Positions 8,054-16,830 of a stretch of DNA of 40,148 bases are shown here, piece after piece. Each line of letters begins with the position of its first letter. Positions within the stretch are counted from its first letter, which is position 1. The notes beneath the pieces are model-generated. The model did no database searches and was not told the origin of the DNA. It saw only the letters and a list, made by a program, of their open reading frames with translations. Where the stretch lies: contig DAOOVZ010000003.1 of the NCBI GenBank assembly GCA_035370665.1, forward strand, positions 1 to 40,148, in the 5' to 3' direction. This DNA comes from Candidatus Hydrogenedens sp. Its GTDB lineage: Bacteria; Hydrogenedentota; Hydrogenedentia; Hydrogenedentales; Hydrogenedentaceae. Made by a program: the position numbers and the translations under genes.

Positions 8054-9139
8054 TTGGAAGTAAAAAAGACTCCACTTTTTGAATGTTGTGAGAAAGCAGG
8101 CGGTCGGTTCGTAGATTTTCACGGTTGGTATTTGCCAGTCCAATTTGAGGGGATTATTGCAGAGCATATTCATGTTCGTTCCCATGCAGGTATATTTGAC
8201 TGCTCTCACATGGGCGAATTTATCATAGATGGTAAGGACCAAATCGCCAATTTTTCCTATCTAACATGTAGCGATTTTTTACATTTACCTATTGGTCGTT
8301 GTCGTTATACTGTCTTACTAAATAATGATACTTTTATCATTGATGATTGTGTCGGAATGAAACTGGATGAAGAAAATTTATTCGTTGTTACAAATGCAGG
8401 CCCATTAGAGCAAGTTTCTTCTTTATTATGCAATTCTAGTATCCGTGCAAAGAATATTTCCAATCAAATTGTTAAAATTGATGTTCAGGGACCAATGAGT
8501 CTTGATGTATTAATTCAGTCTGGTTTCAGTCCTCAAATATCGGAACTAAAATACTGGACAGGTGGGAAATATAAATGGAAAGAGGAAGAAATTATTATAA
8601 CACGAGCAGGATATACAGGAGAATTGGGCTACGAATTATATTTACCCCCTGATTTGGGTGTAGAAATCTGGGATATACTTATATCTAACGAAAATGTAAA
8701 GCCTTGCGGTTTGGGGGCTCGCGATACTCTGAGAACAGAGATGGGCTATCCCCTTAGTGGGCAGGACCTTTTACCTGATATGACTCCGCTAATGGCTTCT
8801 ATGGACCGATTTATAGAATGGGAACATGATTTTATAGGAAAAGATAAATTACTACAACAAAAAGAGATGGGCAATTATCCTCGTTTGATGGGTATCAAAA
8901 CTTATACAAGACAGGCACCTCGTCATAATCAAAAACTTACTTTGCAAGACTGTGAAGTAGGTGTAGTTACCAGTGGAACCTTTGGTCCCAGTGTAGGAAC
9001 TGGTGTTGGTTTAGCACTATTAGACAAACAAGCCTCAAAACCAGGAACAATTTTACAAATTGTAGGTCGTCCCTTGCAAGTAGAGGTTTCCAATGTCCCA
9101 ATTTATTTAAATGGCACAGCACGAAAAAAGGTATCATAA
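8054..9139 (+). CDS. gcvT: Aminomethyltransferase, glycine cleavage system T protein
   Basis: N-terminus 'KKTPLFECCEKAGGRFVDFHGWYLPVQFEG...HVRSHAGIFDCSHMGEF' is canonical GcvT. TTG start at 8054 with AGGAG at 8043-8047. Followed by gcvH, gcvPA and gcvPB. Confidence 0.9.
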   Translation: MEVKKTPLFECCEKAGGRFVDFHGWYLPVQFEGIIAEHIHVRSHAGIFDCSHMGEFIIDGKDQIANFSYLTCSDFLHLPIGRCRYTVLLNNDTFIIDDCVGMKLDEENLFVVTNAGPLEQVSSLLCNSSIRAKNISNQIVKIDVQGPMSLDVLIQSGFSPQISELKYWTGGKYKWKEEEIIITRAGYTGELGYELYLPPDLGVEIWDILISNENVKPCGLGARDTLRTEMGYPLSGQDLLPDMTPLMASMDRFIEWEHDFIGKDKLLQQKEMGNYPRLMGIKTYTRQAPRHNQKLTLQDCEVGVVTSGTFGPSVGTGVGLALLDKQASKPGTILQIVGRPLQVEVSNVPIYLNGTARKKVS

Positions 9140-9204
9140 ATAATATGTTTTGTAATGGTAAAAAAATAATTAAAAATGCCCCAAAAATATAAGGAGAACA
9201 TGCT

Positions 9205-9585
9205 ATGTATCCAGAGGATGTTCGCTACACAGAGAATCATGAGTGGATTGGGGAAGAAGACGGACTGTATCTCATAGGTATTTCAGAGTATGCTCAGGAA
9301 CAATTGGGTGATGTGACTTATGTAGAACTACCTGAAGTAGGAAAGCATGTCCGCCAAAAAGAACCTGTGGCTCTGGTAGAATCTGTGAAAGCCGCTGAAG
9401 ATATTTATGCCCCTGTTACAGGTGTTATTGTGGAGGTAAATGAGTCGTTGGAGGGCGAGCCTGAATTGCTTAACCTTGACCCTTATGGGAGAGGTTGGTG
9501 CTTCAAAATGGATGATATTGATACGGGACAATATCGCCGATTAATGAATCGAGAAGCATACGAAAAATATCTGAAATCATTATAA
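9205..9585 (+). CDS. gcvH: Glycine cleavage system H protein (lipoyl carrier)
   Basis: 126 aa. Lipoyl-lysine motif 'VESVKAAEDIYAPVTG'. N-terminal 'YTENHEWI'. AGGAG SD 8 nt upstream. Confidence 0.92.
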   Translation: MYPEDVRYTENHEWIGEEDGLYLIGISEYAQEQLGDVTYVELPEVGKHVRQKEPVALVESVKAAEDIYAPVTGVIVEVNESLEGEPELLNLDPYGRGWCFKMDDIDTGQYRRLMNREAYEKYLKSL

Positions 9586-9693
9586 ACATTTTAGCAACAT
9601 TTATTATACTTAAACCTTTTATCATTCCTAAATTTTTTCTATTACTAATAATTATATTGAATTAAAAATTGAAGAGGTTCTGAGGAAAACATT

Positions 9694-11028
9694 ATGGCGT
9701 GGATACCTACTACAAAAAATGATGAGCAGGAAATGTTGAAAACAATTGGCGTTCCCTATATCGAATCGTTGTTTCAAGATATACCTCAATCACTTCGACT
9801 GAAATTGTGGAAGATACCTGAAGCCTTATCGGAAATAGAGACATATCAGAGATTAGAATCATTAAGTCGTAAAAATGAGGTAAACGCAATATCTTTTATT
9901 GGCGGTGGATTTTATGACCATTATATCCCAGCCGTTGTGGATTATCTTTCTCAACGCGGAGAATTTTCTACCACTTACACACCGTATCAGCCTGAATGTT
10001 CACAAGGCACACTTCAATCCATATATGAGTACCAGACAGCACTTTGTCGTTTAACTGATATGGAAGTTGCAAATGCATCGCTATATGACGGTGGAACTGC
10101 TTTATTTGAAGCGGTTATGCTCTCTGTTCGTGTAACTGGTAGACGAAAGATACACATAATTCCTGGATTAAACCCTATCTATGAACAAATGCTACGCACT
10201 CACACTGCAAATCTTGACCTGGAATTAGAGTATAGTGATGACTCTACTAATTGTGCATGTATCATTGCTGCAACACCTGATTTCTTTGGAAACTTACATG
10301 ACCTTACAGATATTGCCCAAAAATGTCACAGTGAAGGAGCACTTCTAATAGTTCAGTTCTATCCTATTTCCTTAGGACTTATGAAAACACCTGGCGAAAT
10401 GGGTGCAGATATTGCAGTAGGCGAAGGACAGAGTTTAGGATTGCCATTGGGTTTTGGTGGACCTTACTTAGGACTTTTTGCTGCAAAGAAAGAATATATT
10501 CGTAAAATGCCGGGGCGTATTTGTGCCATTACAGTTGATAAGCAGGGACAACGCGGTTTCGTCCTTACTCTACAAACGAGGGAACAGCATATTCGCCGTG
10601 AAAAAGCCATGTCAAATGTATGCTCCAATCAGGCTCTATGTGCTTTGCGTGCTCTAATTTACCTATGTGAAGTAGGTAAGAAGGGTCTCACAGAAATTGC
10701 ACAGGATTGTTTCTCAAAAACAGAATACTTAAAACAGCAATTATCTACATTTGTTCCAATAATCAATTCAAGACCTACTTTTAATGAATTTATTATACGA
10801 TTACCCATTCCAGCAGAGAAACTTATTCAAACTCTTAAAATAAAAGGTATATTAGCAGGGATTCCACTAAAATCATTATTGGAACATTGTAAAACTGAAA
10901 TACCCTGCAAAGACTGGAGTGGCACTACCTATGGAGAAGACGGGGATTTACTTATTGCAGTTACAGAAAAACGAACGCGTGAAGAGTTAGACAAACTTGT
11001 TGAAGCAATTCGCACAAGTATCTCATAG
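9694..11028 (+). CDS. gcvPA: Glycine dehydrogenase (decarboxylating) subunit 1
   Basis: 444 aa. 'FIGGGFYDHYIPAVV', 'TPYQPECSQGTLQSIYEYQT' and 'EVANASLYDGGTA' are typical of the split P-protein alpha subunit. Operon context supports the call. Confidence 0.9.
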   Translation: MAWIPTTKNDEQEMLKTIGVPYIESLFQDIPQSLRLKLWKIPEALSEIETYQRLESLSRKNEVNAISFIGGGFYDHYIPAVVDYLSQRGEFSTTYTPYQPECSQGTLQSIYEYQTALCRLTDMEVANASLYDGGTALFEAVMLSVRVTGRRKIHIIPGLNPIYEQMLRTHTANLDLELEYSDDSTNCACIIAATPDFFGNLHDLTDIAQKCHSEGALLIVQFYPISLGLMKTPGEMGADIAVGEGQSLGLPLGFGGPYLGLFAAKKEYIRKMPGRICAITVDKQGQRGFVLTLQTREQHIRREKAMSNVCSNQALCALRALIYLCEVGKKGLTEIAQDCFSKTEYLKQQLSTFVPIINSRPTFNEFIIRLPIPAEKLIQTLKIKGILAGIPLKSLLEHCKTEIPCKDWSGTTYGEDGDLLIAVTEKRTREELDKLVEAIRTSIS

Positions 11029-11039
11029 GAGCAGAAGAG

Positions 11040-12497
11040 ATGGAATTAATTTTTGAAAAATGCAATCATCGTCAGGCTTTTTCACTAGGCAAAGAGTTCT
11101 TTCCTAAAACAGAATTTCTACAAGCCCTTCAAAGAAAGACACCTGCGGAATTGCCCGAAGTATCTGAATTAGATGTAGTTCGCCACTTCACACATTTATC
11201 GCGAAGAAACATAGGAGTTGATACAAATTTTTATCCATTAGGCTCGTGCACAATGAAATACAATCCAAAAATTGCAGATGTTGTTTCATCTTTCAAAGGT
11301 TTTACACAACTTCATCCACAATTTCTCTATTCAGAGGTTTATCATGAACACATTCAGGGTGCACTGGAACTGGTTTACGGACTTGAACAATTATTGAGCG
11401 AAATTTCAGGGATGAAAGCCGTATCGCTTCAACCTATGGCAGGGGCACATGGCGAACTTACAGGGGTGCTTATAATTTCCGCATATCATAAATATTATAA
11501 AAACACACATAAAAAAACTATACTTATTCCTGATTCTGCCCATGGGACTAATCCAGCCAGTGCTGCCATTGCAGGATTTCAGGTTCAGGAGATTCCCTCT
11601 AACTCGCAGGGGACATTGGATTTGAACAGTTTCCGTGAAGCCATGAACGATAATGTTGCTGGAATTATGCTGACATGCCCCAATACTCACGGCTTGTTTG
11701 AAACAGACATTCAAGAGATTGCGGATATAGCGCACAAACACGACGCTATTCTCTATTACGATGGGGCAAACTTAAACGCTATTATGGGACAATGTCGCCC
11801 TGGTGATTTAGGTTTTGATGTCATGCACTTTAATCTTCATAAAACCTTTGGGACTCCACATGGGATGGGAGGTCCTGGTTCGGGTCCGGTTGGCGTAAAT
11901 GAACGACTACTTGAATTCCTGCCCGGTCCAAGGATAATTAAAGAGAATGATGGAAAATTTAATCTTGAATATCCAAAAAACAGTATAGGCAAAGTAGCAC
12001 CATTTTTAGGACATTTTTTGATTGCCGTCCGTGCTTATGTTTATATTCTTATGCAAGGGAGCGAAGGATTGAAAGAAGTGAGCCAGAAAGCGGTGCTTAA
12101 TGCCAATTATATCCTTGCACGACTTCATTCTGTTTTCTTACCTGCATACGACCGCCTCTGCATGCACGAATGCGTGCTTTCGGCTATGCCATTCCATGAT
12201 TACGGAGTGCATGCGTTAGACTTTGCAAAAGCCTTACTCGACCGCGGGTTTCACGCACCAACAGTGTATTTTCCATTAACAGTGAAAGAAGCACTTATGA
12301 TAGAACCCACAGAAACAGAGTCAAAAGAAACCCTTGACCAATTCTGCGACACTATGTTAGACCTTGCAGAATTAGCCAGACAAAATCCTGAAAAATTAAA
12401 GGAAGCACCTACTACCACACCTGTCCGGCGCTTGGATGAAGTTAAGGCTGCAAAAGAATTGAATGTGGTTCGCTCTGTTTCAAAATTAAAGGAATGA
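11040..12497 (+). CDS. gcvPB: Glycine dehydrogenase (decarboxylating) subunit 2 (PLP-binding)
   Basis: 485 aa. 'GSCTMKYNP'; PLP-lysine region 'HFNLHKTFGTPHGMGGPGSGPVGV'. AGGAG SD. 11 nt after gcvPA. Confidence 0.9.
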   Translation: MELIFEKCNHRQAFSLGKEFFPKTEFLQALQRKTPAELPEVSELDVVRHFTHLSRRNIGVDTNFYPLGSCTMKYNPKIADVVSSFKGFTQLHPQFLYSEVYHEHIQGALELVYGLEQLLSEISGMKAVSLQPMAGAHGELTGVLIISAYHKYYKNTHKKTILIPDSAHGTNPASAAIAGFQVQEIPSNSQGTLDLNSFREAMNDNVAGIMLTCPNTHGLFETDIQEIADIAHKHDAILYYDGANLNAIMGQCRPGDLGFDVMHFNLHKTFGTPHGMGGPGSGPVGVNERLLEFLPGPRIIKENDGKFNLEYPKNSIGKVAPFLGHFLIAVRAYVYILMQGSEGLKEVSQKAVLNANYILARLHSVFLPAYDRLCMHECVLSAMPFHDYGVHALDFAKALLDRGFHAPTVYFPLTVKEALMIEPTETESKETLDQFCDTMLDLAELARQNPEKLKEAPTTTPVRRLDEVKAAKELNVVRSVSKLKE

Positions 12498-12516
12498 ATA
12501 TAAAAAGGAATGTATA

Positions 12517-13425
12517 ATGCCCTCTCCCAAAAAAACAAAATTATTAAATGGTAATAAATTGAGCGAAATAATAAAGTTAGAGTTAAAAGAGAAAATAGCA
12601 AAACTTAAAGAAAATAGTGTTATTCCAGGATTGGCAGTGGTATTAGTAGGTGACAATCCAGCAAGCCAGATTTATGTTCGCAACAAGCGTAAAACTTGCG
12701 AAGAGTTAGGGATTCGTTCCTTTTCTTATGACCTGCCAACACAAACTTCAGAGACTGACCTAATTAAATTGATAAATGAACTTAACAATAATGGCGAAGT
12801 GCATGGAATATTAATTCAAAGCCCGTTGCCAAAACACATTAACGAAGAAAAAATCCTTACAACCATTGACCCTGATAAAGATGTGGACGGATTTCACCCT
12901 GTAAACAAGGGAAAATTACTTAATGGACAGGATTGCTTTGTGGCATGCACTCCTGCAGGTATTCAGGAACTGCTTTTGCGGTATGGATATAAAATTGAGG
13001 GAAAACATGTCGTTATTGTAGGTCGCTCCAATATTGTTGGCAAACCTTTAGCTGCCTTGCTTGTCCAAAAAGCCAGAGGTGCTGACGCAACAGTGACTAT
13101 ATGCCACTCACATACACGCAATTTAAGCAAAATAACACAAACTGCCGACATACTAGTAGCAGCCATAGGCGTCCCTGAATTTATTTGTGGCAGAATGGTA
13201 AAAAAGGGATGTATTGTGATAGATGTAGGTATGAACCGTATTCCGGACAGTTCAAAAAAATCTGGCTCGAGGCTTGTAGGTGATGTCCATTACACGAGTG
13301 TTGCTAAAAAAGTCCGGGCGATTACGCCTGTCCCGGGTGGTATTGGACCTATGACTATTGCAATGCTTATGAAAAACACTGTTAAAGCCGCCGAAAATAT
13401 TCTGAATCATAAACAAACTTTTTAA
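12517..13425 (+). CDS. folD: Bifunctional methylene-THF dehydrogenase / methenyl-THF cyclohydrolase
   Basis: 'PGLAVVLVGDNPASQIYVRNKRKTCEELGI', 'VDGFHPVNKGKL', 'GRSNIVGKPLAALL' and 'PVPGGIGPMTIAMLMKNT' are canonical FolD. 19 nt after gcvPB. Confidence 0.92.
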   Translation: MPSPKKTKLLNGNKLSEIIKLELKEKIAKLKENSVIPGLAVVLVGDNPASQIYVRNKRKTCEELGIRSFSYDLPTQTSETDLIKLINELNNNGEVHGILIQSPLPKHINEEKILTTIDPDKDVDGFHPVNKGKLLNGQDCFVACTPAGIQELLLRYGYKIEGKHVVIVGRSNIVGKPLAALLVQKARGADATVTICHSHTRNLSKITQTADILVAAIGVPEFICGRMVKKGCIVIDVGMNRIPDSSKKSGSRLVGDVHYTSVAKKVRAITPVPGGIGPMTIAMLMKNTVKAAENILNHKQTF

Positions 13426-13529
13426 TCAAACCACATTCCTATCCCCTAAAAGATTTAGGAAATAAATAATACCTTTAAATATTGGATAGACTATTCAAAA
13501 AGCCGATTTAAGATAGTTTAATAATATGA

Positions 13530-14222
13530 TTAATCTTCACTACTACCGTTAGGTATTGTCTCCTTCCCTTTCTTTAATAACAATATATTACGGAAATATA
13601 TAAAGAGCGTAGTTAAAAGACCCAATGCGTATAGCCATTCACTCTGGAAAGAGTAGGATATAATTTGTAGGGCAGAGGCAATCAGGCTAATATACCAAAA
13701 AATTGGTGGAATGATACTCTGTTTCTTTACCTCTGTGGCTAACCATTGAATCAGAAATCGCAGAGCAAAAAGAGCCTGACCTAAAATGCCTAAAAATATC
13801 CAGAAACCATGCTGTATTGCTAAATGTCGCTCCATTCCTCGAACATGGAAAAATTTTTGGTAGAATACATAACATACCACCACTGTTGAAACTATAAATG
13901 CTATTAATACGAGTCCGTGAGCAAAGTAGTATCGGAAGGGCGTCAGTTTCCCCTGCTCCCTCCATATATGAATTAAATTGCGGACATACACCAGTAAATT
14001 AAAACCATAACTAAATACACCGACTGGAGATAAAATGAATACCCCGTATCCCAAAAGCATAATTGAACCCACAGCACTCATATACCAGAAAATAATAGGG
14101 ATAACACTTCGACCTAACTTTTCTGACCAAATCCACTGAACATAAAATCGTCCAAAGAAAATTACTGCACCAATAATGCCAATTGTCTGCCAAAGAAAAC
14201 TCCATGTAAAAAAAGTTGTCAT
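13530..14222 (-). CDS. 7-TM membrane protein made of two tandem LAB_N (lipid-A-disaccharide synthase N-terminal-type) domains
   Basis: Clear internal duplication: 'IGIIGAVIFFGRFYVQWIWSEKLGRSVIPIIFWYMSAVGSIMLLGYGVF' versus 'LGILGQALFALRFLIQWLATEVKKQSIIPPIFWYISLIASALQIISYSF'. The two copies are separated by one extra hydrophobic helix, 'HGLVLIAFIVSTVVVCYVFY'. The RF-x-QW-x-SE and FW-x-x-S pattern matches what I recall of LAB_N. Confidence 0.7.
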   Translation of the reverse strand: MTTFFTWSFLWQTIGIIGAVIFFGRFYVQWIWSEKLGRSVIPIIFWYMSAVGSIMLLGYGVFILSPVGVFSYGFNLLVYVRNLIHIWREQGKLTPFRYYFAHGLVLIAFIVSTVVVCYVFYQKFFHVRGMERHLAIQHGFWIFLGILGQALFALRFLIQWLATEVKKQSIIPPIFWYISLIASALQIISYSFQSEWLYALGLLTTLFIYFRNILLLKKGKETIPNGSSED

Positions 14223-14297
14223 CTATGAATGCCTAATATATATTAATAGAATTAAAGATATTACTGTATTCTAAACTAAAAATGGAAGATATTGGAA

Positions 14298-14351
14298 ATA
14301 AGACTTATAAGACATATATGACATATACGACATATAGGTCTTATAGGAAAG
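14298..14351. repeat. Tandem 9-bp repeat, 6 units (ATAAGACTT-like), with inverted-repeat ends
   Basis: Units: ATAAGACTT / ATAAGACAT / ATATGACAT / ATACGACAT / ATAGGTCTT / ATAGGAAAG. CTTATAAGAC and GTCTTATAGG form a 9/10 inverted repeat. Lies in the 200-bp gap between two minus-strand genes. Confidence 0.8.
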
Positions 14352-14386
14352 AAAGAGATATTATACAATATTTTCTATTGTTTACT

Positions 14387-14404
14387 TTCTGTGTTCTCTG
14401 TGTT
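14387..14404. repeat. Tandem 9-bp repeat, 2 units (TTCTGTGTT / CTCTGTGTT)
   Basis: Read directly. Located 19 nt downstream of the stop of the 749-aa gene on the minus strand. Confidence 0.6.
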
Positions 14405-14422
14405 AAGGAAAATGAAAAGTTT

Positions 14423-16672
14423 TTATTCTATCAAACCTAAATATCTGCCCAACCAATAAGGGAACAAATAGAAAGTTGATGCCCACTCGGTAGTGCCACC
14501 ATCTCCTTGAACAGCCTGCCACCTATTTTTATCCCAGCGTATTACCCCTGTCTCACCCGGTGGTAAAAGCCGTGAGGTCTGGATATGCTCCAGGATTGGT
14601 TCTCGAACGAGGTGAATATCTTCTCGATTACTATTGTCTACTGTCCAATTGATAAGGTCGAATGGTATTTCTCTTAAAGTAGTAATGGTCTCATTCAAAT
14701 TTTGGTTTGACCCCATACACCAGGCATAAATGAAATCGTATAATGGGCTATGTTCATTCTCAATTCCACGGTGCCAGTGTTGTATGCTTTCTCGATACAA
14801 TTCTAACCATTTTTCATCAGTCTCATATCTGAATAGTGCAGGATAGGTAAATGCAAGAAGTTCATCGTCAATATGTGTTCTTGATGAAGGACCGTAATTT
14901 TTTGCCTTTTTTACTAATGAAGCATAATCTTCATCTATTAGCAATCGTTCATATTCTTGCTGATATTTGCTATCGCCTGTGATGTGATAGCTAGCCTTTA
15001 AATAAGACAGAATTTCCAGAGCGTTTATCCCTCTCTCGTTTGCCCAATCAGGGTCATGTTTCAATCGTTCAGGTGCCCAAACACCCCAACGAGTATGAGT
15101 CCCATCAATATCTTTCAACACATATCCGTCAGTAATAATTTTGTCCATAACACGACTGACTAATTGTTCCAGTTCCTTTTTATCTGCTTCATCGGCAGCT
15201 ATGTCATAATAAATAGACCAGCCAAAGAAATGCGCTGTGATTTCATCACTACTTGTATCGCCTTTCCAGAGCCATTTGCCATCTTTTGATTTTCTCCATC
15301 GTTCTGGAACGGGTTTATAGCGTGGGTCTTGTGTTTTTAAGAAGGCTATTCCCTGAGGAGTTAAATCCTCATTTGGGTCAAGGACCCGTGTCCATGTATG
15401 CGGCACAACTGTTCGTGCTATAAACCCTGGCATTTCTGTTACCTGTTCCAAAAATAAAATCGCTTGAAATATTTGTTTTGCCCGCTGACGAACATTTTCA
15501 TCCTTTGTAACAGCATACTGCAAAGAGAGGGCAGCGAGATACATATTAGTATATCCACCATCATTATCGTCATCTAACGGTCCCCAGGTGGAAACATCAC
15601 CAGGAACACGCAACAGACATTTTTCTACAAGACCTGGTTCGCGGGTGTGGCGTATTTGTGCTAACTCTTCAAAATATTCTGCTTTCTCCTTTAAGGTTTT
15701 ATATTCTATCTTCAATTGACTTATCCCGCCTTGTGTGGATACATATATATTGTTCGGAGATAAATCAATATCAAATATATTATCGTTTAGCAACCATCTA
15801 CGACTTCTGAAAACTTTTTTAGAGGTATTTCTTTCTCGAGACATATAGATTAATCCGTTATTTGTTCCAACCCACACCTTATCTAAATTAGAATCGTAGA
15901 CAATTTTTTTTATCTGTTCACCGGGAAATTCATTATAGCGATAATGTTTAATAACTTTTCCATTTTTTAATACAGTTATACCACCTAATCCACCTACCCA
16001 TATTTCGTCTTCTGGCAGAACGCAGACTGTCATTAAACTATTAGAAACTAATCTTTCTTCTTCGTTTTCCGAACTGAATAAGTCCTCATTGTGCTTATAG
16101 TATTTTTTATCATTATCTTTTATTCGAACAAGTCCTACTTCAGTAGCAACCCATATTTGGCTAGAAGAATCTATTGCTATATCTCGTATGCTTTTGGGAA
16201 GTGTTCCCTTTTTCTGTTCCCAGCCTTTATCAGTAGAATAGGTATAGATACCATTATATCCTCCTGCTATAATAGATTTATCAAAGCATTTTACCACTGC
16301 AATTGGTCCTGAACCGACTTCTTCAATTTTATTTGATTTGCCATCTACAAGTTCATAAAGTCCGTCCCATGCACCTATGTATAATTTACCTTCGGGTCCC
16401 TTTTCTATATCAAACACAGGTCCTTTCTCTGACAAACATACGACTTCTATCCATTCCTGGTTTTCTGTTGAAAAGGCGAATAAACCTTCATTTGTCCCTA
16501 CATAAGTTACTGTCTTATCCCCATTCATAACCACCAGAGGAATAGAAATTGTATCGGACAAAGATGGCAATCCTGCAATAGGATACGGTGTATGGAAGAA
16601 ATGTTCATAAGGGACATCTTCAACACCTGCAAACTGTGATAGCAATATCACGAAAAGCAAGGGAGTAAACAT
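14423..16672 (-). CDS. Secreted protein: N-terminal beta-propeller (two-component-regulator-propeller-like repeats) plus C-terminal domain of unknown function (possibly alpha/alpha-toroid, glycoside-hydrolase-like)
   Basis: Signal peptide 'MFTPLLFVILLSQFAGV'. Recurring 'W(V/I)(A/G)(T/G)xxGL' blades: 'IWVATEVGLVRI', 'IWVGGLGGITVL', 'VWVGTNNGLIYM', 'IYVSTQGGISQL'. The C-terminal ~400 aa are Trp/acidic-rich ('WLWKGDTSSDEITAHFFGW', 'RWGVWAPERLKHDPDWANERGINALE'). The fold assignment is a guess. AAGGAG SD. Confidence 0.55.
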   Translation of the reverse strand: MFTPLLFVILLSQFAGVEDVPYEHFFHTPYPIAGLPSLSDTISIPLVVMNGDKTVTYVGTNEGLFAFSTENQEWIEVVCLSEKGPVFDIEKGPEGKLYIGAWDGLYELVDGKSNKIEEVGSGPIAVVKCFDKSIIAGGYNGIYTYSTDKGWEQKKGTLPKSIRDIAIDSSSQIWVATEVGLVRIKDNDKKYYKHNEDLFSSENEEERLVSNSLMTVCVLPEDEIWVGGLGGITVLKNGKVIKHYRYNEFPGEQIKKIVYDSNLDKVWVGTNNGLIYMSRERNTSKKVFRSRRWLLNDNIFDIDLSPNNIYVSTQGGISQLKIEYKTLKEKAEYFEELAQIRHTREPGLVEKCLLRVPGDVSTWGPLDDDNDGGYTNMYLAALSLQYAVTKDENVRQRAKQIFQAILFLEQVTEMPGFIARTVVPHTWTRVLDPNEDLTPQGIAFLKTQDPRYKPVPERWRKSKDGKWLWKGDTSSDEITAHFFGWSIYYDIAADEADKKELEQLVSRVMDKIITDGYVLKDIDGTHTRWGVWAPERLKHDPDWANERGINALEILSYLKASYHITGDSKYQQEYERLLIDEDYASLVKKAKNYGPSSRTHIDDELLAFTYPALFRYETDEKWLELYRESIQHWHRGIENEHSPLYDFIYAWCMGSNQNLNETITTLREIPFDLINWTVDNSNREDIHLVREPILEHIQTSRLLPPGETGVIRWDKNRWQAVQGDGGTTEWASTFYLFPYWLGRYLGLIE

Positions 16673-16830
16673 TATCTCTTAACTCCTTATTGTAATATAA
16701 TTTTTCTAACTTTATTCTAAAAGATTATGACTACAAAAATATCTTTTTGGTGTTTATCCGGTATATCTTTTCAAAACAACTTACACTAAACAATATCGAA
16801 AGATTTTTTCAATAATTATGTAAGAGAATT

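Noticed and set aside
7682-8242. 186-aa minus-strand ORF spanning the ubiE-gcvT intergenic region
   Set aside because: It overlaps the well-supported gcvT start and the AT-rich leader. The translation is Ile/Lys/Asn/Tyr-rich, as expected from random AT-rich DNA, and it has no SD or motif.
13445-13459. Hairpin CCTAAA-AGA-TTTAGG after folD as a terminator
   Set aside because: The stem is only 6 bp and AT-rich, with no following T-tract. That is too weak to call.
13687-14205. Two same-strand out-of-frame ORFs (92 and 64 aa) inside the LAB_N gene
   Set aside because: They are alternative frames of a gene whose main frame shows a clear internal LAB_N duplication. There is no independent support for them.
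6878-14404. Possibility that the short tandem repeats are CRISPR arrays
   Set aside because: The units are 8-9 bp and directly abutting, with no spacers and at most 6 copies. No cas genes are present in the window.
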